Assembly (NCBI GenBank): GCA_965205865.1
Contig: CBDBHR010000003.1
Coordinates: 1 to 64,000, forward strand
DNA length: 64,000 nt
Reading direction: 5' to 3'
Source of the DNA: a bacterium
Lineage (GTDB): Bacteria; SAR324; NAC60-12
A program made the position numbers and the translations under genes. The notes below the pieces were generated by a model. That model made no database searches and had not been told where the DNA came from. It worked only from the letters and a program-made list of their open reading frames with translations. The stretch's first letter is position 1. Each line of letters begins with the position of its first letter. Shown in pieces: positions 51,501-61,157 of the stretch.

Positions 51501-54098
51501 TTATGAGTTTTTCCAATCTATAACTGGTTTTAATTTTTCTGCGCTTATCGTGGTAGCAGACGTATAAACGACGTGGTACTTGAATTTATCCGGTTGTAAA
51601 TTTTGCAGCCGTTCCACCGCTTTTTGCTTTGCTTCCACCGTTTTATCACCACGCTCGTTCTCGGTCTTGACCTCGACAATGTAAAACTCCCCCGTCTCTT
51701 TCACAAGCACAAAATCGGGAAAGTAGCGATGATAGCGTTTGTCTTGGCCCATATATTCGAAATGAAAGTCGGTTTTCCTGGGATCGGTCAAACCACCGGT
51801 GAACAGAAAGGCTTCCACGTCGTCGGGGTCCGTATTGAGATTCGACAAAATCTGCCGAAAGAAGGAACGCTCCGGCTCGCTGTCGAAGTTGTAAGGCGTG
51901 TAGTGAAAACTCAAATCGTACTTGTCTGAATAGTGCGCACTTTCAGCTAAAAGTCCGTTGTTCTTCATCTGATCATACGTCCTCTTGAGCAAACGCAAAC
52001 GGTGGACGTAAACACCATTCTCGTCCTTTTCAAAAACGTCCTTTCCATTTTCATCCTGAACCCGAATCAGCGCCAGGGCAACGGTGATCTTTTCTTCAAC
52101 GGTCTTGTAGTTCGCCTGCTGCTTTTCGACCTGCTGAAACAGTCCGTATAATTCACTATTTTGTATCTCCCCTTGTGGATACAGACTGTTGAGCCTCTGC
52201 AAAACCGGCATGACCGGAAGATGGTATCTCGAGGCGATTTTCCAGGAGGCGGTATGGCAATCCGTGGTTTCTCTTTCTGCAAATAGTTCCTTAGTGTCAC
52301 CTGTCGGCATCAGTATTTCTCCCGGTCCGCTAAAATCAGGAGTCAGGATGTTACGTAGAATTGCTGGGGTCTTCTGTGGTTCAGGTCGTTCCAGCGTGAT
52401 ATTACCGTCAGGTGTTTCGCTGCGGACAGCCCGCTTGACGGTGCGGGATATTTCCAGTTGCGGCAACTCCGTTTTAACGATTCGCAGGGTTACGCTCTCT
52501 TTGTCCCTTGCTCTGGCGCTGAGCCGGTCCAGATCGGTGCCGAAATTGTCCTGTAATTCTTTATCCAACGTTCTGGCATTTCCGTAGTCCAGAAATATCT
52601 TTGCGGAATGCTTGTTTCCCGGGATCTGGCGCAGGCAACGTGTTGCCGCCTGGAGGACATAGTTGTTGCTGGTTGTTTGCTCTTTGATAAGCGCGCAGGC
52701 AAACAGGCTGGGACAATTCCATCCTTCCACTCCTTTGGCGATCAGCAGAATGACGCGCTTTTGATTACCGGGATTGTTGAGACGCTTGAATTCGTCAACT
52801 TGCGACACGTCCGATTTTTGCGTGTTGACCAAGACCTGAGAGGCGCTTTCTCCAATACCCGCCATGGCCTGCTCGATCAGTAGCCTTGAGTCTTCCAGAT
52901 GTTCCTGCGTCTTGAAATAAAAGGCAATCTTCGCTCTTGCCCCGTTGGGAAGTGTCACGTCCCCATAATTCGTGAAAAATTCTCTGATGATGTCGTGGAA
53001 CACTTCCTGTTCGGGTTGCTCGCCGATGTCGTATTGATGAATCCCGTGAGTGAGGTCCTTCAAGATGTTGTCTTTGATGCCTTCCCCCAGCCCATACCAG
53101 ACGATGACCTCTTTCAGGTGCTGTTTCTTGTAATAAGGCGTTCCGGTCGTGTTGACAACAGCGACTATCGGTGTTTGCTCATGGATGTAGTTGATGGTTT
53201 CCCGCACCCGTTTCAACTTGTCAAAAGTGTTTCCATAGGTGTGATGCGCTTCGTCAGAAAAGACTCCGGGATTGGGCAAACTGGTAATTTTTTGCAGTCT
53301 CAGATTGGCTTGCAGCTCCTCACGCTCGAACGCCCATTCCGTCTGGTTGCTTCTTCTATTGGCACGCAGGCTGATCTTCTCGGTGTTGGTGACAATCAAA
53401 TTGTAACCGCTGCCTCTCTGCGCCTGTATGTCTTTTTCACTGCCGGGATACTCGATCTTCAAATTTGCGGCAAAATCGCGTTGGAGGTCGGGTGGCAGAA
53501 CCTGCTCATAGGGCATGTCGCTGAGTTCCCGCAGGCTTTCGATGATCGTCGTACCGGGTGCAAAGACTAGAGCATTTTTCATAAATTTGCCCTCGGGGTA
53601 ACGGAGAGACATTGCAAACTCGGTGGCGACTATCGTCCCGATCAGCACGGTCTTTCCCGCACCCATGGCCAAGGCGAGGATGTAGCTCGGATAGGGGAGC
53701 ATTGCAGCTTCATGCAAAGCCTGAATTCTTTTTTCAGTTACGAAAGCCGGATCGTCTTTGACTTTCTTGACCACGTCATCTACTTAAGCCCACTCCAAAG
53801 CGTCGCTTGACATCGAAATACCAAGCGAATCAAAAAAGATTTTTTTATCATGCCCGTAGTAGCGCTTATAGAGGTCCAGAATATGAGGGGTTCCCAATTT
53901 CAAGCGGACGTACCAGTAAGTTTCAAGAGCAAGAAACTGGGGTTCACGGAGAAATTTGAAGGTTGGTTCACCTGTTTCTGTTTCAGACTCCATTTGCCAG
54001 GCGAGAATTTCCCCGATGAGTGAGTATTCATCGCAGGCATATCCACCTTTGCGCCATTCAAAGGCGGATTCTTTCAACTGATCGAAGAGGGATGGCAT
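51501..54098 (-). pseudogene. res: Type III Res-like helicase-nuclease split by one in-frame TAA (53784-53786)
   Basis: LAMGAGKT, DEAH, EGWNCP, YFPDF..IVEVK; both ORFs are in the same frame. Confidence 0.88.
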
Positions 54099-54170
54099 TT
54101 AATAAATTCCGATTTGATGTTATGATTGCTTAAAAAATAATGAACCATTTTCCTCTTCATAGTCCACACC

Positions 54171-55376
54171 TTAAGCTGTATCTTGTTGTAGTTTTTCTAA
54201 TGATGCGATTGCACTGCTTAAATTTGACTGAACATCACACCCATATAGATTTTCGAAACTCAACTGTTTTTGTGTCACCAAGTGTGCCAATCGTTTTTCA
54301 GTAAAAAAATATTCACAATAGGGTAATGCTAAAGCTGCGTGGAAAAAGTCATGGACGTCATGGCCTTGAAATTTATGCCTTTTGTCCCAACGTACGGCGG
54401 CATACAATGCCGAGATAATATGTATTGCCGGCATTGCTTTGCCTACTTTATCTAGTCGGAAGAGATGGTAAATAAGCACCTCCAGTTTGGTTTTAGCTCG
54501 ATGCTCCCTTGCTTCATTCTCCGATATAGTTTTTCCTGTTGTTTTCTGAAACAGATCTTCCATCATGTCAGCCAGAAGATCACGATAACTCATGATATAA
54601 CCGCTAACTTCATCCAGAAACATTTGTTTGGAACTTTGTGCTTCATCTTGATGTTCAATTTTTTCTTTATTAAGCTTATTGGCTATATCAAAATCAGATG
54701 GAGGCTTCAGCCCACCATTTTTCGCCATGACATCAATCATTTGAGACATGGATAGAAACCACAGGTGATCTAAAAATGCTTTCCGGTGGATAATGTTTTC
54801 TTCAGAACTCATAAAACTTAACTCTGGTACTGGAAAAGCATTTGAAGTCACGTGACAAGCAAGCTTAGTCCAAATAAGCTCCTTTGTCTCGTATACTTTG
54901 CCAATTTTGCCTATAATTGAATACAAAATATGTCTAATTTCTGGCTTTACATTTCCTGGGATTAGCCGGTTTTGCAAACTGGAAAGCGTTGAATACAAAA
55001 AGTGTCGAATTTCCAGCTTTACACGCTCATCATAACCCACTGACATTACGCCGTTGGACAACCTATCTATCAGCTCTGCGGTCACTTTCAGAGTTTTAAC
55101 ATCAGTTTGCTTCATAACCTCCATGAAAACATCTTCACTAATTGGGAATATGCAAATTTGATAAGCCGAAAGCTCAAGAGCCAGATTGAGCAATGTATTT
55201 TCTAGTTTATTCTTTTCAGGCTGGAGGTAACCTTCTCGGAGGAGCAACCAAAACTTTGTATCAAGATAGACAATTTTTCTGTCCAAAATTTGCTTTGAAA
55301 GCTCCAAACTTAGCGAATAATAATAGTCCTCAATTGATTGTTCAGACATTGACTTGTTTGTTTTCGGGGTAGTCAT
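54171..55376 (-). CDS. Hypothetical protein with PIN-like motifs
   Basis: IVYLDTKFW ... HDFFHAALALPYCEYFFTE; AT-rich. Confidence 0.55.
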   Translation of the reverse strand: MTTPKTNKSMSEQSIEDYYYSLSLELSKQILDRKIVYLDTKFWLLLREGYLQPEKNKLENTLLNLALELSAYQICIFPISEDVFMEVMKQTDVKTLKVTAELIDRLSNGVMSVGYDERVKLEIRHFLYSTLSSLQNRLIPGNVKPEIRHILYSIIGKIGKVYETKELIWTKLACHVTSNAFPVPELSFMSSEENIIHRKAFLDHLWFLSMSQMIDVMAKNGGLKPPSDFDIANKLNKEKIEHQDEAQSSKQMFLDEVSGYIMSYRDLLADMMEDLFQKTTGKTISENEAREHRAKTKLEVLIYHLFRLDKVGKAMPAIHIISALYAAVRWDKRHKFQGHDVHDFFHAALALPYCEYFFTEKRLAHLVTQKQLSFENLYGCDVQSNLSSAIASLEKLQQDTA

Positions 55377-55522
55377 CCGTGTACTTCGACAGTTTTTTAG
55401 AAAATAGCATATTCGTTATTTTTACCAAACAAAAGTTTCAAAGGTGAATTTCTGTTAGTCGTAAATCGTAGTAATCTTGAATTAACATTTTTTCGACGCT
55501 GAAGCGAGTCAAAAGGAGGCAC

Positions 55523-56072
55523 TAATGTATTGCCTGTTTAATACATTGTAATATTGGTCATTTGGTAGACAGGTTTGAGTTTGTTGATAATTTCTTCGGC
55601 AGTTTTAGTCTGGACATAGGGTTTTGGGTTGCGATTGTGCGCCTCGATGTAACTATGGATGGCTTCGGTCAACTCGAGCACGCTTTTGAAGGCGCCTCGT
55701 CGAATCCGTTCTGCAGTGATCTTGCCAATAAAGCGTTCCACCATGTTCAGCCATGAGGAAGAAATAGGAATGAAATGCTGGTGGAATCGCCGTCGCCACT
55801 TTCCAACGGAATTGCCGCTGTTTCCAAGAGTTTGGGCAATCTCTTGATTCTTAAGGCCATCAGCAGCCAACAGGATGATGCGCGCACGAAGAGTGTCTCG
55901 CATCACTCCAGTTTGACAGCGTGCGGTTTTGCTCAATTCATCCCGTTCTTCCCGGGTCAGTTTAATACTTGGCGCTTTCCTCATGCTGTCTCCTTATATG
56001 CAAAAAAAAGAACAGCTTGTAGTATAGCAAACCAAGGAATTATTTACACATTAATAAAAGGGCGACATATTA
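55523..56072 (-). mobile_element. Internally deleted IS630 derivative (148-aa in-frame ORF 55538..55984)
   Basis: Both ends match 24141-25323; central catalytic region missing. Confidence 0.92.
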
Positions 56073-56801
56073 GTGAACCAGGCGTCCGCCATCCACCGGC
56101 AAAACCACCCCTGTTAAAAAATCGCCGTGGAGGAGATAATCCACTGCATTGACAATATCCTTGGTTGAACCTCTCCGTTTGAGAAGGCTTTGCTCGATAG
56201 CCGCCTGTTGATCAATATTACTACCCGGGGGAGATGGAAGCACATTTCCGGGAGCAATCGCATTCACATGAATCTCCGGTGCGAGAGCTTTGGCCAAGCC
56301 TTGGGTCAAAGTGACCAAAGCGGATTTTGTCAGGCAATAGGGTAAAAATTGGGTCCAGGGCCAAAACGCGGCGACATCGGCGATGTTGATTATTTTTCCT
56401 TCTCCAGTCGCCTTCATTTGCTCCCCGATTGTTTGAGACAAAAAAAAGGGCGCTTTCAGATTGAGATCAAAGAATCTGTTCCATTGTGTTTCCGTAACCG
56501 AAAAAAAAGGTGTGGGATAAAATGTCGCCGCATTGTTGATCAGTACCGAAATAGAACCCATGCGCTGCCGGGTCTGCTCCAGCATTTGTTGCAACTCCAC
56601 CAGATTGGCAAGGTCTGCCTGAAAAAGATGATGCCGCAGATGCCCACCCTCCATTTGGGCCAAAGTAGTTTGCGCGCCCTGGAAAGATTGATGATAATGA
56701 ACAGCCACCCGCATTCCCCGGGATGCAAGGTAAATAGCAATTTGTTGCCCCAAACGAATCCCGGCACCCGTCACCAAGGCAGTTTTTCCCGTCAGTTCCA
56801 T
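56070..56801 (-). CDS. Pteridine reductase/FolM-like SDR
   Basis: TGAGIRLG, VHYHQS, NNAA, YCLTK. Confidence 0.88.
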   Translation of the reverse strand: MELTGKTALVTGAGIRLGQQIAIYLASRGMRVAVHYHQSFQGAQTTLAQMEGGHLRHHLFQADLANLVELQQMLEQTRQRMGSISVLINNAATFYPTPFFSVTETQWNRFFDLNLKAPFFLSQTIGEQMKATGEGKIINIADVAAFWPWTQFLPYCLTKSALVTLTQGLAKALAPEIHVNAIAPGNVLPSPPGSNIDQQAAIEQSLLKRRGSTKDIVNAVDYLLHGDFLTGVVLPVDGGRLVH

Positions 56802-56817
56802 AATTTTTCAATTACTA

Positions 56818-58513
56818 CCTAAATCCTGCAATTAGATGACAATCAAACATGGAAATGGTAATATACTCAAATAGTTAACACAAGAATCAACATTTTAAGA
56901 GATCACCATTTCCATGAAAAACAAAGGTAGCGCAAGATCGGCAAGAACGACAGCAAAAAACATCCATATCAGCCAGGGAGGCAGAGACCTGACCGCGCAA
57001 GCAGGCTTGATTCCGGTTGTCAAATTTTTTCACAAAGAAGGGATTGTTTCAAAGACAGAGCAGACCGTAGATCATCGGCGTGGCGCCACGGGTCTTTATG
57101 ACGCAGTGGACATGGTCATTTTGTCGGTGGTCGGCATTGTTGGCGGCGCCCGTTCGATTCGTTCGATTGTGACAGTTTGGAACGACCGTGTTTTGAGTCG
57201 TGTGGCCGGTTGGCTGAGGATTCCGGATGAAACCACATTCGGCCGGATACTGCGTACTTTCACACAGAAAAACATCAATGAGATGGAGAGCTTGAACCAT
57301 CGGATTCGAGCCGGTATCTGGCGTAAGGCGCTTCGAAGTGGGACAAGCATCGTTGGGGTGTTACACTGTCTTGTGATTGACGTGGACTCCACTGTGAAAA
57401 CGGCCTACGGCAAGCAGCAAGGAGTGTCTGTCGGATATAATCCCCACAAACGCGGTGCAGCTTCGTATCATCCTCTGCTGGCATTTTGCGCAGAGACAAA
57501 GGAGATTCTTCAGGGTTGGCTTCGTGATGGGAGTGCCTATACCAGCAATGGAATCGTTGAATTCATGCGGCAACTTCTTGCTCACCTTCCAAATCGGACT
57601 CGCATTCTGTTTCGTGGAGACAGTGGTTTTTTTGTGGGGGATTTGCTGGATTTCCTCGAAGAACGAGGCCATGGCTATCTGATCAAGGTCAAACTCAAGA
57701 GGCTTGTCTCGTTGTTGGAAACCCAAAAATGGCAAAAAGTGAAGGGGCAGCCCGCTTGGGAAGGGTGTGAGTTTTCCCACCAATGTAAAACTTGGAGGAG
57801 GTCAAGAAAATTCATGGCCGTACGCAGGGAGAAAGAGGAGGAACTCAAAGGGATGGCCACCCTCTTTGAGATGAAGGAGTACGATTATTTTTGTTATGTT
57901 CTCACCGATGCGCTCACTCCCTGGCAGGCTCACAAAGAGTATGGCCAGAGGGCGGTCGCTGAGACATGGATTGAGGAAGCAAAAAATCAAACTGCGCTGG
58001 CTCAGATTAAAACCGACGATTTTTGGGCCAACAGTGCCTTGTTCCAATGCGCGATACTCGCTTACAACACGCTGCGCTGGATGGCCCTTTGTAGTGGTAA
58101 CGCAATACTGCGCCGTTGGGAACCGGCCACCATGCGCACCTATCTTGTCCGAATGGCAGGAAAATGGACGAGTGGCGCTCGTCAACAAAAACTGAGAGTT
58201 CCGGAAAGAACACTTTACAATGCTCAATGGGATGCATGGGTCGCTGTTGGAGAGACCTGGATCCTTTGTTTCACTCCAGTGGAAACGTTTTGCTGAGATG
58301 TCGATCCCCAAATCCAGGGAGAAGTACGTCTTGAATCTTGTGCCCGCGAAAGCGGGTATCAGATCATCACAAAATATGACGATCAAATGGAGGGCGGAAA
58401 AACCTTTATGAGCAAGGACTGATGGAAATTCAACTCTCAAATCCTTTTTTTTAAAAAAACCTCTCAAAGAGTGAAGGGAAACTCAATCAAAATATTCAAT
58501 TGCAGGATTTAGG
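56818..58513 (+). mobile_element. IS1380 family element, complete
   Basis: 16-bp perfect TIR CCTAAATCCTGCAATT; 5-bp target duplication TACTA. Confidence 0.95.
56914..58296 (+). CDS. IS1380 transposase
   Basis: IDVDST..YG.QQG, YHPL, RGDSGF, Y.QR..AE.WIEE.K. Confidence 0.93.
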   Translation: MKNKGSARSARTTAKNIHISQGGRDLTAQAGLIPVVKFFHKEGIVSKTEQTVDHRRGATGLYDAVDMVILSVVGIVGGARSIRSIVTVWNDRVLSRVAGWLRIPDETTFGRILRTFTQKNINEMESLNHRIRAGIWRKALRSGTSIVGVLHCLVIDVDSTVKTAYGKQQGVSVGYNPHKRGAASYHPLLAFCAETKEILQGWLRDGSAYTSNGIVEFMRQLLAHLPNRTRILFRGDSGFFVGDLLDFLEERGHGYLIKVKLKRLVSLLETQKWQKVKGQPAWEGCEFSHQCKTWRRSRKFMAVRREKEEELKGMATLFEMKEYDYFCYVLTDALTPWQAHKEYGQRAVAETWIEEAKNQTALAQIKTDDFWANSALFQCAILAYNTLRWMALCSGNAILRRWEPATMRTYLVRMAGKWTSGARQQKLRVPERTLYNAQWDAWVAVGETWILCFTPVETFC

Positions 58514-58520
58514 TACTATG

Positions 58521-60297
58521 CTATTCTGGAAGATCACTACTGAATCCTTTGCCGAAATAAATCAGAGAACGCTCGGCAATCTCTCGAAATATGGGAGCCG
58601 CTACTACTCCACCCAGGCTTGAGGTTTTCGGCGATTCAATCACTACCAATATCGTAAGCAAAGGATTTTCGGTCGGCAGGGACGATTCCGATAAAAGAGG
58701 CTATATTGTCTTTTTTAGAATAACTCTGAATGGTGTGGTCAAACACTTCGCTTGTTCCGGTTTTACCTGCAACAACAATTCCGGGAATCACCGATTGGTT
58801 TCCGGACCCGCCCACCTGGGTCACTGCAATCATGAATTCTTTGATCCGATCTGCTGTTTTGGCAGTGAGTATTCTCTTTTTTTGGCGTGGACCGAAATGC
58901 TTGTCCACTTTCCCATCGGCATTCCTCAGTTCCCGGACCACCTCTCCCTGTTCGTTTTCAAGATGGTGGACTATGTAGGGACTGACAAGCATCCCCCCGG
59001 TACCCATCACATTGATCGCTATCAGGAGTTGCATAGGAGAAACCAGGATACCGTATCCAAATGAAATAGACGCGTGGTCGGGAGCGGTCCAGCTTTCCGG
59101 AGGAGAAACTCTGCCAACAGCTTCTGCCGATAATCCAATATCGATTTTTCTGCCAAATCCAAATTGACGTAGATAGTCGAAAAACGTTTCTTTGCTGATC
59201 AACAGTCCGATTTTACTCGAACAAATATTGGACGATTTTTGAATGATTTGCTGGATAGTGAGCCAACTGAAAGGCTGGATATCGTGGATGACTTGATCGG
59301 CAACCTGGAAGGAACCGTTTTCGCAGAAAAATGCCTGTTCAGATTGGATGATGTTTTCTTCCATCGCCGTTGCAATGGTGATCAATTTTAAAATCGACCC
59401 GGGTTCATAGCCGCTGCTGATTGCATAATTCAGGTAATGCGAACGTGGAAATTGTCGAAAATGGTTGGGATCGAATCCAGGGACATGCGCCAAGGCCAGC
59501 ACTGCTCCGCTCTGAGATTCCATCACAATGGCAATCCCTCGTTGAGCTTGCGTCTTCGCAATTCCTGTTTTGAGGGCTTTTTCCGCAAAGTATTGAATGG
59601 AGCTCTCCAAGGTGAGGTGAAGGGCAAATTGTTGCGTCTCGTATAAATGCTGATGTTGGGTGTAAGGAATAATGCGGCGTGTGCCATCCTGCTCGATAAT
59701 GTATTTGTTCTTTTCCCCTTGTAGTTCCTCATGATATTCATGTTCCAAGCCTTCCAACCCTTGGGAATCGATCCCTGTGAATCCCAACAACGGACCTGCA
59801 AAATTGCCGAGGGGGTAATAGCGTTTGTATTCTTCAATGAAATCGATTCCTGGTATTCGCAACTGTCGAATCCTTTGGGAAACCTCTGGGCTCAGTAGAC
59901 GCTTGAGCCAAACAAATGAACGAGGGGATTGCAGTTTCTCCAGAATTTCCTTTTCGGACATGTCAAGTAGAGGAGACAATTGTTGCGCCACTTTTTCAGG
60001 ACCAATCACTTTTGCAGGTAACACGTGAGCGGAGTCGACTTTGATGGATGTCGCCAATAACCGACCCCGTCGATCATATATCGCATTGCGCCGACTTTCC
60101 AACAGGATTGTGCGCTGTTGTTGTCTGGCCGCTAGTTCTTCATAATTCTTGGCGTCCCAAACCTGCAAGTAAAATACCCTTCCCAACACCAACAGTAAGC
60201 TTAAACCGATAAATCCGACGACCGAAAAAAGTCGTGTTTGAAAATTATAAACATTGAATCGGGCGGACAGGGAACCACTTGGTTTAATCAGACGCAT
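58521..60297 (-). pseudogene. ftsI: FtsI/PBP3, frameshifted near the 3' end by a 4-bp duplication
   Basis: GSILK, SSN, KTGT; removing one CCGA at 58669-58676 restores PAENPLLTILVVIE..GGVVAAPIF to TAG at 58521. Confidence 0.9.
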
Positions 60298-60652
60298 CGC
60301 TGCCCGTGGAATCTAAAATCAAACGTTGGGAGGGGGAAGGTAGCTGCATATCCAACTGAGTGGTGGCAATGTGGTCCAACCGCTCGGGTCGCGTCAAGTA
60401 GTTCACTTCGATCTCCAAAAGGGAAATGCGTTGCTCCAAGGTGGCTTTCTCTTCTTGCAGGGCTTGGATTTGATATCCGAGCTGGAGGTAATTGGTCCAC
60501 TGCCGGATATAAAACAAACTGCCGATGGCAATCAATAACACTGCGAATAATGCAGTGCGTAAAGCATATTGTGGAGAAAATAAAATTTTGAGTTCATGCC
60601 ACCATTTGTGCTGGCGCCGGACTAAACGGGAATGGTAGGGGAAAATGTTCAT
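60284..60652 (-). CDS. ftsL: Cell division protein FtsL
   Basis: TM + leucine zipper + PERL..IA..L.M.P; overlaps ftsI. Confidence 0.8.
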   Translation of the reverse strand: MNIFPYHSRLVRRQHKWWHELKILFSPQYALRTALFAVLLIAIGSLFYIRQWTNYLQLGYQIQALQEEKATLEQRISLLEIEVNYLTRPERLDHIATTQLDMQLPSPSQRLILDSTGSDASD

Positions 60653-61157
60653 GTTGCTGTTTCATGTTTCATGGAAATCACATGGGTTCGTGATCCTCGT
60701 GAATCAGAAACCAGGGCTATCGAAGAGGTCGGCCGACCAAACCATGCATGAAATACCGGATATCCTGAGCCATTGTCGCACAATCCATACATAAGTCTTT
60801 ATTTAAACTAGGTCAATAAGAAAATTGAGTGATTCACTCAGGGATTCGAATTAATTCCGGAAACAGAGATGCAACTTTGCGGATCATGATCAGAACAATC
60901 CCCTCCCGGGGGTGGCGTGCGTAAAACAGACGGAGCGCGTAGCGTCTTCACAACGTGATCCAAACATGGGCTTGAATCTTGGTACTTTCTTTGGTACCAA
61001 AATGATAGTTTACAGGTCTGTCCAAAACCAGATACGGTGAAGTTGAAGATAGGTGACTTTACCCCATCAGGTTCATGCAGGCAATGAACAGTGATCGCTC
61101 ATGAATTAAACATCCGTACTCGACCGACTCTTTTCAAACTCGAACAAGGGATCCTGA

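Noticed and set aside
60660-61150. Riboswitch or tRNA between ftsL and lhr
   Set aside because: Small hairpins and TTCGAATCCC on the minus strand, but no cloverleaf or recognisable aptamer
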